The notes beneath the pieces were generated by a model that was not told the origin of the DNA, ran no database searches, and worked only from the letters and a program-made list of their open reading frames with translations. DNA of 31,604 bases from a virus (taxonomy: Duplodnaviria > Caudoviricetes): positions 1 to 31,604 of the IMG/VR virus record IMGVR_UViG_3300014201_000021. The stretch is one strand, 5' to 3'. Made by a program: the position numbers and the translations under genes. The stretch's first letter is position 1. Each line of letters opens with the position of its first letter. Of the stretch, positions 23,158-31,604 are shown in pieces.

Positions 23158-23640
23158 ATGCCTAACACTATTGATCTTACGGTTACTCAGGCTTCCGGCT
23201 CCAATACTGGTTACCTCCCTAACCGTGGAGAACAGCTCTGGGAAGGACCGGCCCCGCGAGTGCGGCGTCGAGCCTTTACTGTCCAGAACTCGCCGGACTG
23301 GGGTGGTCTTACTCCTGGCACTGGCGATATCGTCCGATCCCAGGTTATTGACCAGGGTGCGTTTGTCATTGCAGCGTTCCTGAACGTCCTGACGGCGGGT
23401 TCCGCTTCTTCGACTGTGGTTGTTGGCGACAGCACCAGCAATTCCCAGTATCTCAACAACGTCTCCACCGCTGCGACCGGCACGTTCCTTTCCGCCGCGA
23501 CCGCGTGGAAATGGTATATGGCCGCTTCTGACTACCTCCTTGTCACTCTTGGTGTGACGGCTGCTGCGACTGGCGCTGTCCTGGATGTTGGTTATATCGC
23601 CATCAGCATCCTGCCTAACGCCCTTCCCGTCACTGAATAA
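23158..23640 (+). CDS. Putative capsid decoration/cement protein
   Basis: Beta-rich GAFVIAAFLNVLTAG..STVVVGD...Y.ASDYLLVT pattern; strongly biased codon use. Confidence 0.6.
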   Translation: MPNTIDLTVTQASGSNTGYLPNRGEQLWEGPAPRVRRRAFTVQNSPDWGGLTPGTGDIVRSQVIDQGAFVIAAFLNVLTAGSASSTVVVGDSTSNSQYLNNVSTAATGTFLSAATAWKWYMAASDYLLVTLGVTAAATGAVLDVGYIAISILPNALPVTE

Positions 23641-23651
23641 GGAGAACTGAC

Positions 23652-24575
23652 ATGGCTGGTAATATTGTTGGCAGTTCCTTTAATAACCTTACTGCCTTTA
23701 AACCCCAGATTTACCCTTTGCAGTTCATTCAGAAGTTCTATGCCGCGAGCATCACGAACTATATGTGCAATACGAACTGGGAGGGTGACATCCTCGGCCC
23801 TGGCACCACGGTCAACCTTCGTCAGATTCCTGATGTGGTTGTCTCTGCGGCCACCAATGACGGTGACGTTAATTGGCAGTCGATCCAGGCTTCCGCTCTC
23901 CAGCTTGTCATCAACTATGCGTTCAATGGCGCATACTGGGTGACCGACATTGATCGTTCCGCGATTGATGTTGACATGGAAGGCGCTCTGATCAACGAAA
24001 TGATCAATAAGCTGCGTATGGCTATTGAATCGACCATCCTTGGTTCGATCTACGCCTCTGCGGCCAACGTGATCACCGCTTCTACGGGTGCGACTACCGC
24101 TTGGACCACGGGTATCTCGGCTACCCAGCCCAATACCAATGCTGTGACCTATGTGGCTCAGGCTTCGCAGTATCTTGACATCGGCGCTGGCAACGGCATT
24201 GATGTCTGCCCATGGGAAGATCGGTATCTGGTCATCCATCCGAACATGCGGATTGGCCTGACCGTCAACCCTGCGTTCTATGCCCTGAACGCTGGCACCC
24301 CCAAGGGCGCTCTCTATGAGGGTTTCCTGGCCTACATCAATGGCTTCAACGTGCTTCAGTCGCCGTTTGTTCCGGGCGCTGGCACCACCGCTTCCCCCTA
24401 CCTCACGGTTGCGGGGCACCCGGAAGCCGTGACCATGGCCACCAAGTTCACCAATGTCCAGGCTGACTTGATCCTGCCCAACAAGTTCGGTATCGGCACT
24501 CGTTGCCAGAACTTCTTCGGCTTCCTTGTCACCAAGCCTTGGCTCCTGGTTGAATTCTCGGTTGTGCTGACTTAA
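23652..24575 (+). CDS. Major capsid protein
   Basis: FKPQIY...QKFYAAS...NTNWEGDI..PGTTVNLRQIP; P.EDRYLVIHP; GFNVLQSP; AAGGAG RBS. Confidence 0.9.
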   Translation: MAGNIVGSSFNNLTAFKPQIYPLQFIQKFYAASITNYMCNTNWEGDILGPGTTVNLRQIPDVVVSAATNDGDVNWQSIQASALQLVINYAFNGAYWVTDIDRSAIDVDMEGALINEMINKLRMAIESTILGSIYASAANVITASTGATTAWTTGISATQPNTNAVTYVAQASQYLDIGAGNGIDVCPWEDRYLVIHPNMRIGLTVNPAFYALNAGTPKGALYEGFLAYINGFNVLQSPFVPGAGTTASPYLTVAGHPEAVTMATKFTNVQADLILPNKFGIGTRCQNFFGFLVTKPWLLVEFSVVLT

Positions 24576-24585
24576 CCAAAACAAC

Positions 24586-24621
24586 ATGGGGGCCTAAGAC
24601 GATGCGTGGCACGGCCCCCAT
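24586..24621 (+). other. GC-rich stem-loop after the capsid gene
   Basis: ATGGGGGCC-N18-GGCCCCCAT with no U tract; may stabilise or attenuate the mRNA. Confidence 0.45.
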
Positions 24622-24654
24622 ACTTCCCATTACAACTTCAACGAGGTAAAACCC

Positions 24655-25086
24655 ATGGCCCAAGCCACCATCTCCGTAGACAGCATGTTTCCCCCTCCTT
24701 CCATCAAACTGGAATGTCGCCAGTGCAAGGAGATCATTAACAACTATAACGGTCGTTCTTTTCTGCGGAACCTTGATCCACGAGCCAAGTGGGACATTCT
24801 TTATTATCAGGCCAAGATGAATTCTGAGGGCACTTCCCCTGAATTCACCCTGATCATGGACGAGAAGGATGTCACCGTCATGGAGGTTGATGGCGAGGAC
24901 GGCAAGGAATTGCGTCCGATGTATACTGAGAGGGAACTTGAGGGTTGCGATATGCGCAAACTTCAGCTTATCGGTCGGCAATGGGGACTCAAGGGGGTTC
25001 GGAGGCGTGATCTCATGCTTCAGATCCTCCAGGCACAGACAGCTTTGGTGATCAAGGCTCGGGCGGATGAACTGCCTAAAGGATAG
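24655..25086 (+). CDS. Hypothetical protein with a C-terminal Rho-N/SAP-like helical hairpin
   Basis: YTERELEGCDMRKLQLIGRQWGLKG.RRRDLMLQIL. Confidence 0.65.
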   Translation: MAQATISVDSMFPPPSIKLECRQCKEIINNYNGRSFLRNLDPRAKWDILYYQAKMNSEGTSPEFTLIMDEKDVTVMEVDGEDGKELRPMYTERELEGCDMRKLQLIGRQWGLKGVRRRDLMLQILQAQTALVIKARADELPKG

Positions 25087-25092
25087 CAATTC

Positions 25093-26430
25093 ATGAGTAA
25101 TTTCACGGTCAGGGAACTCGTTATACGTGTTTCGTTAATGCGCCCTGACCTTGATGTTGGGCTTGCAGAGCGTCTGACCCAGGAAGCGGCAAAGCGGGTT
25201 TTCCGTGAGTCATTCCTGGGTCAAGTCATAACTACGGTCTATCCAGTTGGTAATTATGTAAATGAGATCATGTTGACCAGCCAGATTCCTTACTGGAACG
25301 CTGGCCTGCCCAATGTGGTCTATCCATCTGATTTCAACAAGATGATCCTGCCGACAACCTGGGATGGTTCAACGCCGGATTATCTGAGTGGCATAAACCC
25401 GGTCCCTGCCCAGAAAACCGCTGCCGAAGTGCTGCGTGTGCTTCAGGTCAGGACTGTGACTCTGCCGTTCTTCTCTATCGGGGTATTTCAGGGTTGGGTG
25501 TTTGCCACCGGCAATGCTACCTTCAAGGCCACCATTTCCGGGAACCAGTTGACGGTCCAGAGTGTCCAGAGTGGTGCGATTGGCATTGGCCAGTATGTGG
25601 ACCTCCCAAGTTATGCTGGGACTGCTCCGCCCTATATCTCTGCTGGGGTATCCAGTCCCTATACCTTGTCCAACACCAACCTGGGCACCGTGGCTGTTTC
25701 CACCAGTATATCCAGCAACCCGGTCCCCGATGCGACTGATGTTGTAAATGGTGGCTTCTACATTGTCTACCAAGGCCCCGTGACGGTGGGGACGCTGGTT
25801 TGCAAGGGTGGTGATATCCTCCAGACTAACGGCTTGTCCTGGAGCCTTACGCCGTTGGAAAATTACGATACGCTGAACCAAGTCAATTGGCAGACCTCCC
25901 AGACCTTCAATAATCGTCCCAAGTCAAATTGGAATTCCAGCCTGACCAATGGCACGGTGCAGACCAACGTGACTCAGGCCAATGCTTGGTCCCAGCGATC
26001 TGGGCAGATCCAGACTACTATCGGGCCGGTGGCTGGTATCACCGCCGCTAATCCTACCTTCGCCCAATATGCCGGAACGATCATCGACCTCTACCCATCC
26101 CAGGGCTACCAAACCGCCATTGAGATCACCTATGCGGCCACGCCCATTGGGGACATTGCCGATGTGGTCTTGAACATGCCGGATGAGGCTCGGGATGCCA
26201 TCGTGAATCTAGCCCTGGCCGATTGGCTTGCAGTCCCCGGCAAGGAACAGAATCTTATCCTGAGTGAGAATCGGCGCATGGAGTACGAGCGGCTCAAGAG
26301 CGGTCTTCGGGCTCTTGGTGCCTTGGGCATTGGTGGGTCAGCCCAGTTCAAGTCTCCCCTGTTTGGTGGCCGGGGCAATCGTTACTTCCCGTTCTTCTAC
26401 AATCCAACCTTGATGCCGGGGCCTAATTAA
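25093..26430 (+). CDS. Head-tail adaptor-like protein with inserted beta modules
   Basis: Helical N-terminus and C-terminal EITYAATP...DAIVNLALADWLAVPGK flank beta-rich inserts. Confidence 0.6.
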   Translation: MSNFTVRELVIRVSLMRPDLDVGLAERLTQEAAKRVFRESFLGQVITTVYPVGNYVNEIMLTSQIPYWNAGLPNVVYPSDFNKMILPTTWDGSTPDYLSGINPVPAQKTAAEVLRVLQVRTVTLPFFSIGVFQGWVFATGNATFKATISGNQLTVQSVQSGAIGIGQYVDLPSYAGTAPPYISAGVSSPYTLSNTNLGTVAVSTSISSNPVPDATDVVNGGFYIVYQGPVTVGTLVCKGGDILQTNGLSWSLTPLENYDTLNQVNWQTSQTFNNRPKSNWNSSLTNGTVQTNVTQANAWSQRSGQIQTTIGPVAGITAANPTFAQYAGTIIDLYPSQGYQTAIEITYAATPIGDIADVVLNMPDEARDAIVNLALADWLAVPGKEQNLILSENRRMEYERLKSGLRALGALGIGGSAQFKSPLFGGRGNRYFPFFYNPTLMPGPN

Positions 26431-27209
26431 TGCCAACGCCAATTACCAATTACCAGTTATACCAATTGCAGGTAGACCTCCAGGCATTGCTTGGAGACTT
26501 GAGCGGGACTAGATTCTCTACTGCACAGTTGAACGATGCAATCAACTTTGCCATCAAGGAAATGAATACCTTGATGGGCTATACCTATACCGATGCAATC
26601 ATCCCACAAACATACAATGGTCCAGCTTATGCACATACTCCTGCTTATATTGGTGATCAAAACGGGGCCGGGATTCCAATCTGGGTGCCATTCTCTTTTT
26701 ATGGGCTTTACCCAGACAATGTGACTGATTATGATCTGACGGACTATATTGAAGTAAAGATTGCCATGTTTGGCTATGGACCGGTAAATTATGCTTCATG
26801 GCCAGCCATCCCTCCATTTGGCAATGCATCTATTCCATTGACTAAGACCAATATGGAGATGGAAGACATTTATAATCCCAATTGGAGAACCACTTATGGT
26901 GTTCCCCAGCGATGGGATTTTTATGATTCATCCCGCATTGTGGTATTTCCTCAGCCTTTCCCCCAGCAGGTTTCTAATAGCCAGAATGGCTATTTGATCG
27001 TTGGCTATGTCCAGCAACCGCCTTTGCTTTCCAACCCTTCAGATTATATTGATAACCGCATCCCTGATCGGGTTCAACAATACACGAAATATGCTGCGGC
27101 CTCATGGCTGCTCTCATTGGACCAGAGTGATACGACCTCGCTTGCAACGGCCAAGATGTATATGGATACGTTTGTTCAGTTACTCAATTCCAAGTCGGTG
27201 ACTCCGTGA
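26430..27209 (+). CDS. Head-tail adaptor / tail tubular A-like protein
   Basis: LGD...RFSTAQLNDAINFA..., NWRT..GVP..W, IVVFPQP, YAAASWLLS.D motifs. Confidence 0.7.
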   Translation: MPTPITNYQLYQLQVDLQALLGDLSGTRFSTAQLNDAINFAIKEMNTLMGYTYTDAIIPQTYNGPAYAHTPAYIGDQNGAGIPIWVPFSFYGLYPDNVTDYDLTDYIEVKIAMFGYGPVNYASWPAIPPFGNASIPLTKTNMEMEDIYNPNWRTTYGVPQRWDFYDSSRIVVFPQPFPQQVSNSQNGYLIVGYVQQPPLLSNPSDYIDNRIPDRVQQYTKYAAASWLLSLDQSDTTSLATAKMYMDTFVQLLNSKSVTP

Positions 27210-28144
27210 TTTCTAACGCTCAGATATTTCAGAGCCCATCGACGCAAGATCCGTCTTCTACTTTCCAGATAACGGCGTCATTCCCTGGCGTCAATAACAT
27301 CTTGAATGTGACGGCTACGGCCCAGATCATCGTGGCTGGTCAGGTAGTCACTGGGATTCAGACGCCTTATGGGGCCACTTTCCTGCCTTATGGAACCCAA
27401 GGAACAACGGGAACGGGTGGCAATGGGACTTATGCCCTGAGTGTGTTCAGTGAAAATATTCCTAGCGAAAGCATGACTGTAACTCTGTCCCCGATTGGTC
27501 AGGCTGGTCCTGGTAGCCTCTGGTACCAGACCGACACTACGCTGTTGTATAACCGTAATACGGCAAATACCGGGTGGACTTTTATTGGTCCAGTCAATGT
27601 TAACTTCTTGGGTTTGCTCCCCCGTGCTGGTGGTGTTGTAACACAGCCTATCACAGGATCAACTGGCCTGATGACCAAAGATGGGGTTACCCCGTTCAGT
27701 GGGGTTCCTTATGTCAACAGCAAAAAAAGCTTGGCTGCAACTCTGGCTGATTTAGCAGAGGCTCAAACCAATCTTGAAGAACAAATAGCTTCTGGGGTAT
27801 CCACCAGTATTAACACGATTGCATTGCCAAGCCTAAATGCAAATATAGTTATTGTGTTTGGGACTATAGGGACATTTCAAACTCCGACTTCATCTCCTCC
27901 AGCACCATATATATTACCTATTGCGGGGCTAACCTATGGTGATGGAACACCGGTTCAGTTGAGTGAATGCCATGGGTTTGCCAGTAGCAATAGTTGGACG
28001 GCCCCACTAGGGAGTGGCGTTCTGTATTTGCAACCTGCATCCGCTAATGGGATGTCATGGTCAGCCTACCTAATGGTAACCCTATCTGGCTATAGTTCTA
28101 TTATAATTAATTATACGATAGTAGCAATCAAAGCGGGGGCATAA
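27206..28144 (+). CDS. Virion/tail protein, paralog A
   Basis: GTGA-coupled; aligns along its length with 28144-28845 apart from one insertion. Confidence 0.75.
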   Translation: MISNAQIFQSPSTQDPSSTFQITASFPGVNNILNVTATAQIIVAGQVVTGIQTPYGATFLPYGTQGTTGTGGNGTYALSVFSENIPSESMTVTLSPIGQAGPGSLWYQTDTTLLYNRNTANTGWTFIGPVNVNFLGLLPRAGGVVTQPITGSTGLMTKDGVTPFSGVPYVNSKKSLAATLADLAEAQTNLEEQIASGVSTSINTIALPSLNANIVIVFGTIGTFQTPTSSPPAPYILPIAGLTYGDGTPVQLSECHGFASSNSWTAPLGSGVLYLQPASANGMSWSAYLMVTLSGYSSIIINYTIVAIKAGA

Positions 28145-28845
28145 TGAGTATCACAAACGCATTGATTTACAGCAGTCCTTCTTCTCAAGATCCCTCTGGG
28201 CAACCGGGGTTCTCTGGGGCCGGTAATATTTGGGCACAAAATGACACTGGTGTTTGGTATATCCGAAATTCTACTAATACTGGGTGGACCATCGTTGGGT
28301 CTGGAGATCAGACCTCATTTGGTCTTTACCCATTGTCTGGTGGTGCTGGATCTGGTGCCATTACAGGAAATACAGGGCTGATGACCGCTGATGGGAATAC
28401 CCCATTCGCCATCCCACCAACTGTGACCAATCGTAATAGTCCAATTGCTACACTGGCTGATCTGGCTTCCCTGCAAACTAATTTGCAAACACTGATTAAT
28501 GAATCTGTAGCGCAGTCTGTTTCAGGCATAGTGACTCCTGGAATAAATTCTAGCATTGTTATTATAAATGGAACATTAGGACCAGCAGCAACATATCTTA
28601 CTATCCTACAATTACCCTTTTCTGGCCTTGTTTATCCAGACGGGACATCTGTTCAGTTGGCGGATTGCCATGGGTTTGCAAGCACAAACACTTTGGGTGC
28701 TGGAGGAGCTGATACAGCATTAGTATATCTTATCCCACAAGATACAAGAGGAATGTCATGGCAATCGTACTATGAGAATGCTGTAAGTTCTTTCTTCCCG
28801 ACATCAATAAATTATCAAATCATTGCCATCAAACCAACAGCATAA
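28144..28845 (+). CDS. Virion/tail protein, paralog B
   Basis: Shares SPS.QDPS, RN..NTGWT, TGLMT.DG.TPF, ATLADLA, DGT.VQL..CHGFAS and INY.I.AIK with paralog A. Confidence 0.75.
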   Translation: MSITNALIYSSPSSQDPSGQPGFSGAGNIWAQNDTGVWYIRNSTNTGWTIVGSGDQTSFGLYPLSGGAGSGAITGNTGLMTADGNTPFAIPPTVTNRNSPIATLADLASLQTNLQTLINESVAQSVSGIVTPGINSSIVIINGTLGPAATYLTILQLPFSGLVYPDGTSVQLADCHGFASTNTLGAGGADTALVYLIPQDTRGMSWQSYYENAVSSFFPTSINYQIIAIKPTA

Positions 28846-28854
28846 GGTGGTTAA

Positions 28855-31602
28855 GTGAAAACATATAAGGTCGATTTTTCCAAGGGTATCAATGTGGTAA
28901 CGGACAAGAGACTTGTTCCAGAAGGCTATATTGTACTTGCGGACAACATCGACCTGAGGAGCGGGAGTCTTAGGCCGTTCAAGTTTCCTGAACCTTATGT
29001 AGGCATCCAGGGTGGTATACCTACAGGAACAACCTGCATGTATGAGTTCAAGAACAATTGGTTTTTCTCGTCTTTGTATAGGGATTATACCTCAGAATAC
29101 GTGAGTGCCCAGAGTCGGGTCTATTTCTGTGAAACCACTATTGCCCCAAGCGGGATGAATATCCAGTCCCATTTGCCACCGCAAAAAGTGGTTGATGGTT
29201 CACAGGCTAATCTTGGATCTATAGTCCCAACATTGGCTCCAATTGTGACTGGGACCATATCCGATACTCCATCTAAATTTACAGCGACGGTTGCAACGAC
29301 TAATGGCAGTCTTGTGACTGGATCATATTCATATAGAATATCCGCGATCATTAATAACCAGATCGCTCCCCCATCCCAAGCTATCATAGCCAACGTCCCG
29401 CAGGTAAGCGGGGTAAATATTACAACTGGGTCCATAACTTTAGCGTGGGTCGGAGTATCTGGGGCTTCTGGGTATGTTGTATTTGGCAGGATCCTTGGCC
29501 AAGAACAAACTCTATTCACCTTGGGCTCTGGCGCAACAAGTGTAATTGATAACGGGTCTTTGTCCCCATCCGGCGCTTATGCCAACAATTATCAGCCGCT
29601 AAACCCACTGACTTATGTTTATACTTATGTCCGTGATGTTGGGACAATGATTGATGAGAGTGGGCCAAGCCCAATATCGAATGTTACAAACTCTAGTTTC
29701 GTTAGGACCATAACTCGTAACCCAACCAATGATGGATTATATCAATTTGCTTCTACCTATTCTGCGATAACCCAATCAACAACTTCTGAGTATGGAAGCA
29801 TTTTCGTAATGGAATACACGCCAAGCGGCGTGAATACCATCTTGACCCTCAACGCACCGCCGCCAATCAACTGGCCTTGGTGGGTAAATGGGCTAACATT
29901 GGTGTTTTCCACAGATCCGTCCTTAACTGGGTATACCTATTCCATACCAAGCCCATTGTCAAAGGTTGCAGTGGCCCCAGTCCTTGCCGCTGTTCCGGGC
30001 GCAATCCCTGCGGGGACTTACCAATATGTGGTATGTGCTGTAAGAGGCAATCCTGGGATCGTGTCCGGTGTTCTTCCCGCTGCTACGGATTCATCCCCTA
30101 TAGCATCTATAACCATATCTGCATTAACCAACGTGACATTGACCTGGAATGGAGTGAATGGTGCCAGTGGGTATCTTATATACCGTTTCAATGGATCAGT
30201 TTATGCCGTGGTTGGGTTGGTTGGCGGGAATTTAACAACGTTCACTGATAATAATACAACAATACAATCAGCAACAGGATTCCCAACTATTAATAATACT
30301 GGGTTGATATATAATCCAATTACAGTGGGCCAACCCGTTTCGTGGGAAAACCCAACACCTTTGAGCGTTGGTCGGATCATTGTTGTTACAGAAACAGTTC
30401 CATCTGCACTATTGTCTGCAATACCTCTTACTATTTACCTTGGCGCAACTCCAATTACTTCGTTCTCGCCAACTTTCCTTGGGTTAGATCAGGATGTGTT
30501 GAATATAACTTCAGCAACATCAAATACCTTGCTTGGTCTATTTACCTATTACCATGATTCACTAGGGATATTGGTATACCCCAACTTTATCAACATATAT
30601 ACCCCATCCAATTATGTGATCAATTCGCTGGAAGATGTGCCAAATAACGGTTATTACGAGTATTGGAACATCTATCGCGCTGGGGATACCGGGACTCAAT
30701 TCACGTTTGTTGCCCAAGTTCCCATTGGCCAGATTTCCTATATTGACACAATCAGTGTAACCGGGCTAGGTGGCCCATTGCCCACGGCTTATGATGATGC
30801 AACGACTGGTGGCTATGTGGCGTTCCAACCACCCCCTAATGATCTCCTGTCGCCCGAAATATATAACGGTATGCTTTTTGGAATTGATGGGAATCTGGTG
30901 CGTTGGACCCCAACTGATTATCCAGATGCTTGGCCTGCTATTTATAATCAGAGTTTTGCCTACCCACCCCAGCGCCTCGTGGCCTATAGTGGTGGTATTT
31001 ATGTGTTCTGCGAGAATGGTGTTTGGCGTGGGGATGGTTTCCTTCCTGGCCAGATTTCATTTCAGAAGACTCGGGCTGATGGTTGTATTGCTCCTTATAC
31101 CCCGCGCATCATGGGATCCCATCTGCTCTATGTGGCTCGGCGTGGAATCATGGCCTTGTCCGGGATGGACTCATCCTGTATAACCGAGAGGTTTATTCCT
31201 TATCGGCTCATCACTGAACCAAGCGCCTTCATTGGGACTAATTCTGGACCTAATGGGATTGGCGGTGATCTCGACGGTGGTTTCTCTCTATCCATTTTCT
31301 CTGGTGATGTTGACGGTGGATTCTCTAATTCCATCTTTACACCCCCAACTCTTGATGGTGGGTCATCCTCTTTCGATTCGGCAACCTTCTGGTGGCTAAC
31401 CACAGACCATACTTCGAGTTATGGGGCATTGCTAGACATTGGCATGAATCCAATTCCCGCTGCCGATACCTTCGGTTGGATTACCGCTAAGGACAAACCG
31501 CTATCTGGGCTTATTTGGGAAGCAAGATCGTTCGTTTGGCAAAATAAGTATTATCTTTATTATGTGAATGCTCCAACCAGCGACTACCAAGGAAATCCAT
31601 GC
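28855..31602 (+). CDS. Tail nozzle / DNA-stabilisation-like protein with FN3-like inserts, truncated at the window edge
   Basis: Not in the track because there is no stop in the window. GTG 28855 with AAGGTGG RBS; MKTYKVDFSKGINVVTDKRLVPEGY...DNIDLRSGSLRPF; later YVYTYVR...ESGPSP, NIYR, YPDAWP and GCIAP motifs. Confidence 0.8.
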   Translation, partial: MKTYKVDFSKGINVVTDKRLVPEGYIVLADNIDLRSGSLRPFKFPEPYVGIQGGIPTGTTCMYEFKNNWFFSSLYRDYTSEYVSAQSRVYFCETTIAPSGMNIQSHLPPQKVVDGSQANLGSIVPTLAPIVTGTISDTPSKFTATVATTNGSLVTGSYSYRISAIINNQIAPPSQAIIANVPQVSGVNITTGSITLAWVGVSGASGYVVFGRILGQEQTLFTLGSGATSVIDNGSLSPSGAYANNYQPLNPLTYVYTYVRDVGTMIDESGPSPISNVTNSSFVRTITRNPTNDGLYQFASTYSAITQSTTSEYGSIFVMEYTPSGVNTILTLNAPPPINWPWWVNGLTLVFSTDPSLTGYTYSIPSPLSKVAVAPVLAAVPGAIPAGTYQYVVCAVRGNPGIVSGVLPAATDSSPIASITISALTNVTLTWNGVNGASGYLIYRFNGSVYAVVGLVGGNLTTFTDNNTTIQSATGFPTINNTGLIYNPITVGQPVSWENPTPLSVGRIIVVTETVPSALLSAIPLTIYLGATPITSFSPTFLGLDQDVLNITSATSNTLLGLFTYYHDSLGILVYPNFINIYTPSNYVINSLEDVPNNGYYEYWNIYRAGDTGTQFTFVAQVPIGQISYIDTISVTGLGGPLPTAYDDATTGGYVAFQPPPNDLLSPEIYNGMLFGIDGNLVRWTPTDYPDAWPAIYNQSFAYPPQRLVAYSGGIYVFCENGVWRGDGFLPGQISFQKTRADGCIAPYTPRIMGSHLLYVARRGIMALSGMDSSCITERFIPYRLITEPSAFIGTNSGPNGIGGDLDGGFSLSIFSGDVDGGFSNSIFTPPTLDGGSSSFDSATFWWLTTDHTSSYGALLDIGMNPIPAADTFGWITAKDKPLSGLIWEARSFVWQNKYYLYYVNAPTSDYQGNPC

Positions 31603-31604
31603 TG

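Noticed and set aside
22050-24587. Long antisense ORFs over the scaffold (358 aa) and capsid (331 aa) genes
   Set aside because: Codon-aligned shadow ORFs of strongly biased genes with no recognisable domains.
28860-31604. Apparent ORF-poor right end with short track ORFs
   Set aside because: One continuous plus-strand frame from 28855 runs off the window; the short ORFs are alternative-frame noise.

Overview
A 31.6 kb stretch of a tailed dsDNA phage (podovirus-type head and tail genes, probably temperate given lambda-like replication; no integrase and no host clue in the window). From left to right: (1) small leftward early/accessory genes (1-2250) separated by three related two-state hairpin elements, ending in a truncated Gly-X repeat protein; (2) a gene-poor TG-rich tract and a G/C-run motif (2340-2960) that may mark the genome end or packaging site; (3) leftward hypothetical and membrane genes with a tandem tRNA-Gln(CUG)/tRNA-Gln(UUG) pair; (4) an HTH regulator, a DnaB-like helicase and an initiator gene with five 12-bp iterons; (5) rightward SSB, RusA, GT2-TPR glycosyltransferase, SLOG protein, methyltransferase and an extended TerS-like gene; (6) two antisense genes, one His-rich; (7) TerL, portal, scaffold, decoration, major capsid, adaptors and tail genes running off the right edge. 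The standout is a 303-aa intein in the TerL Walker A motif that has no in-frame endonuclease. It carries an intact HTH-HNH endonuclease gene on the opposite strand, with its own Shine-Dalgarno and a candidate promoter, while the sense frame stays open across it. All family calls come from motif recognition by eye; no database searches were run.
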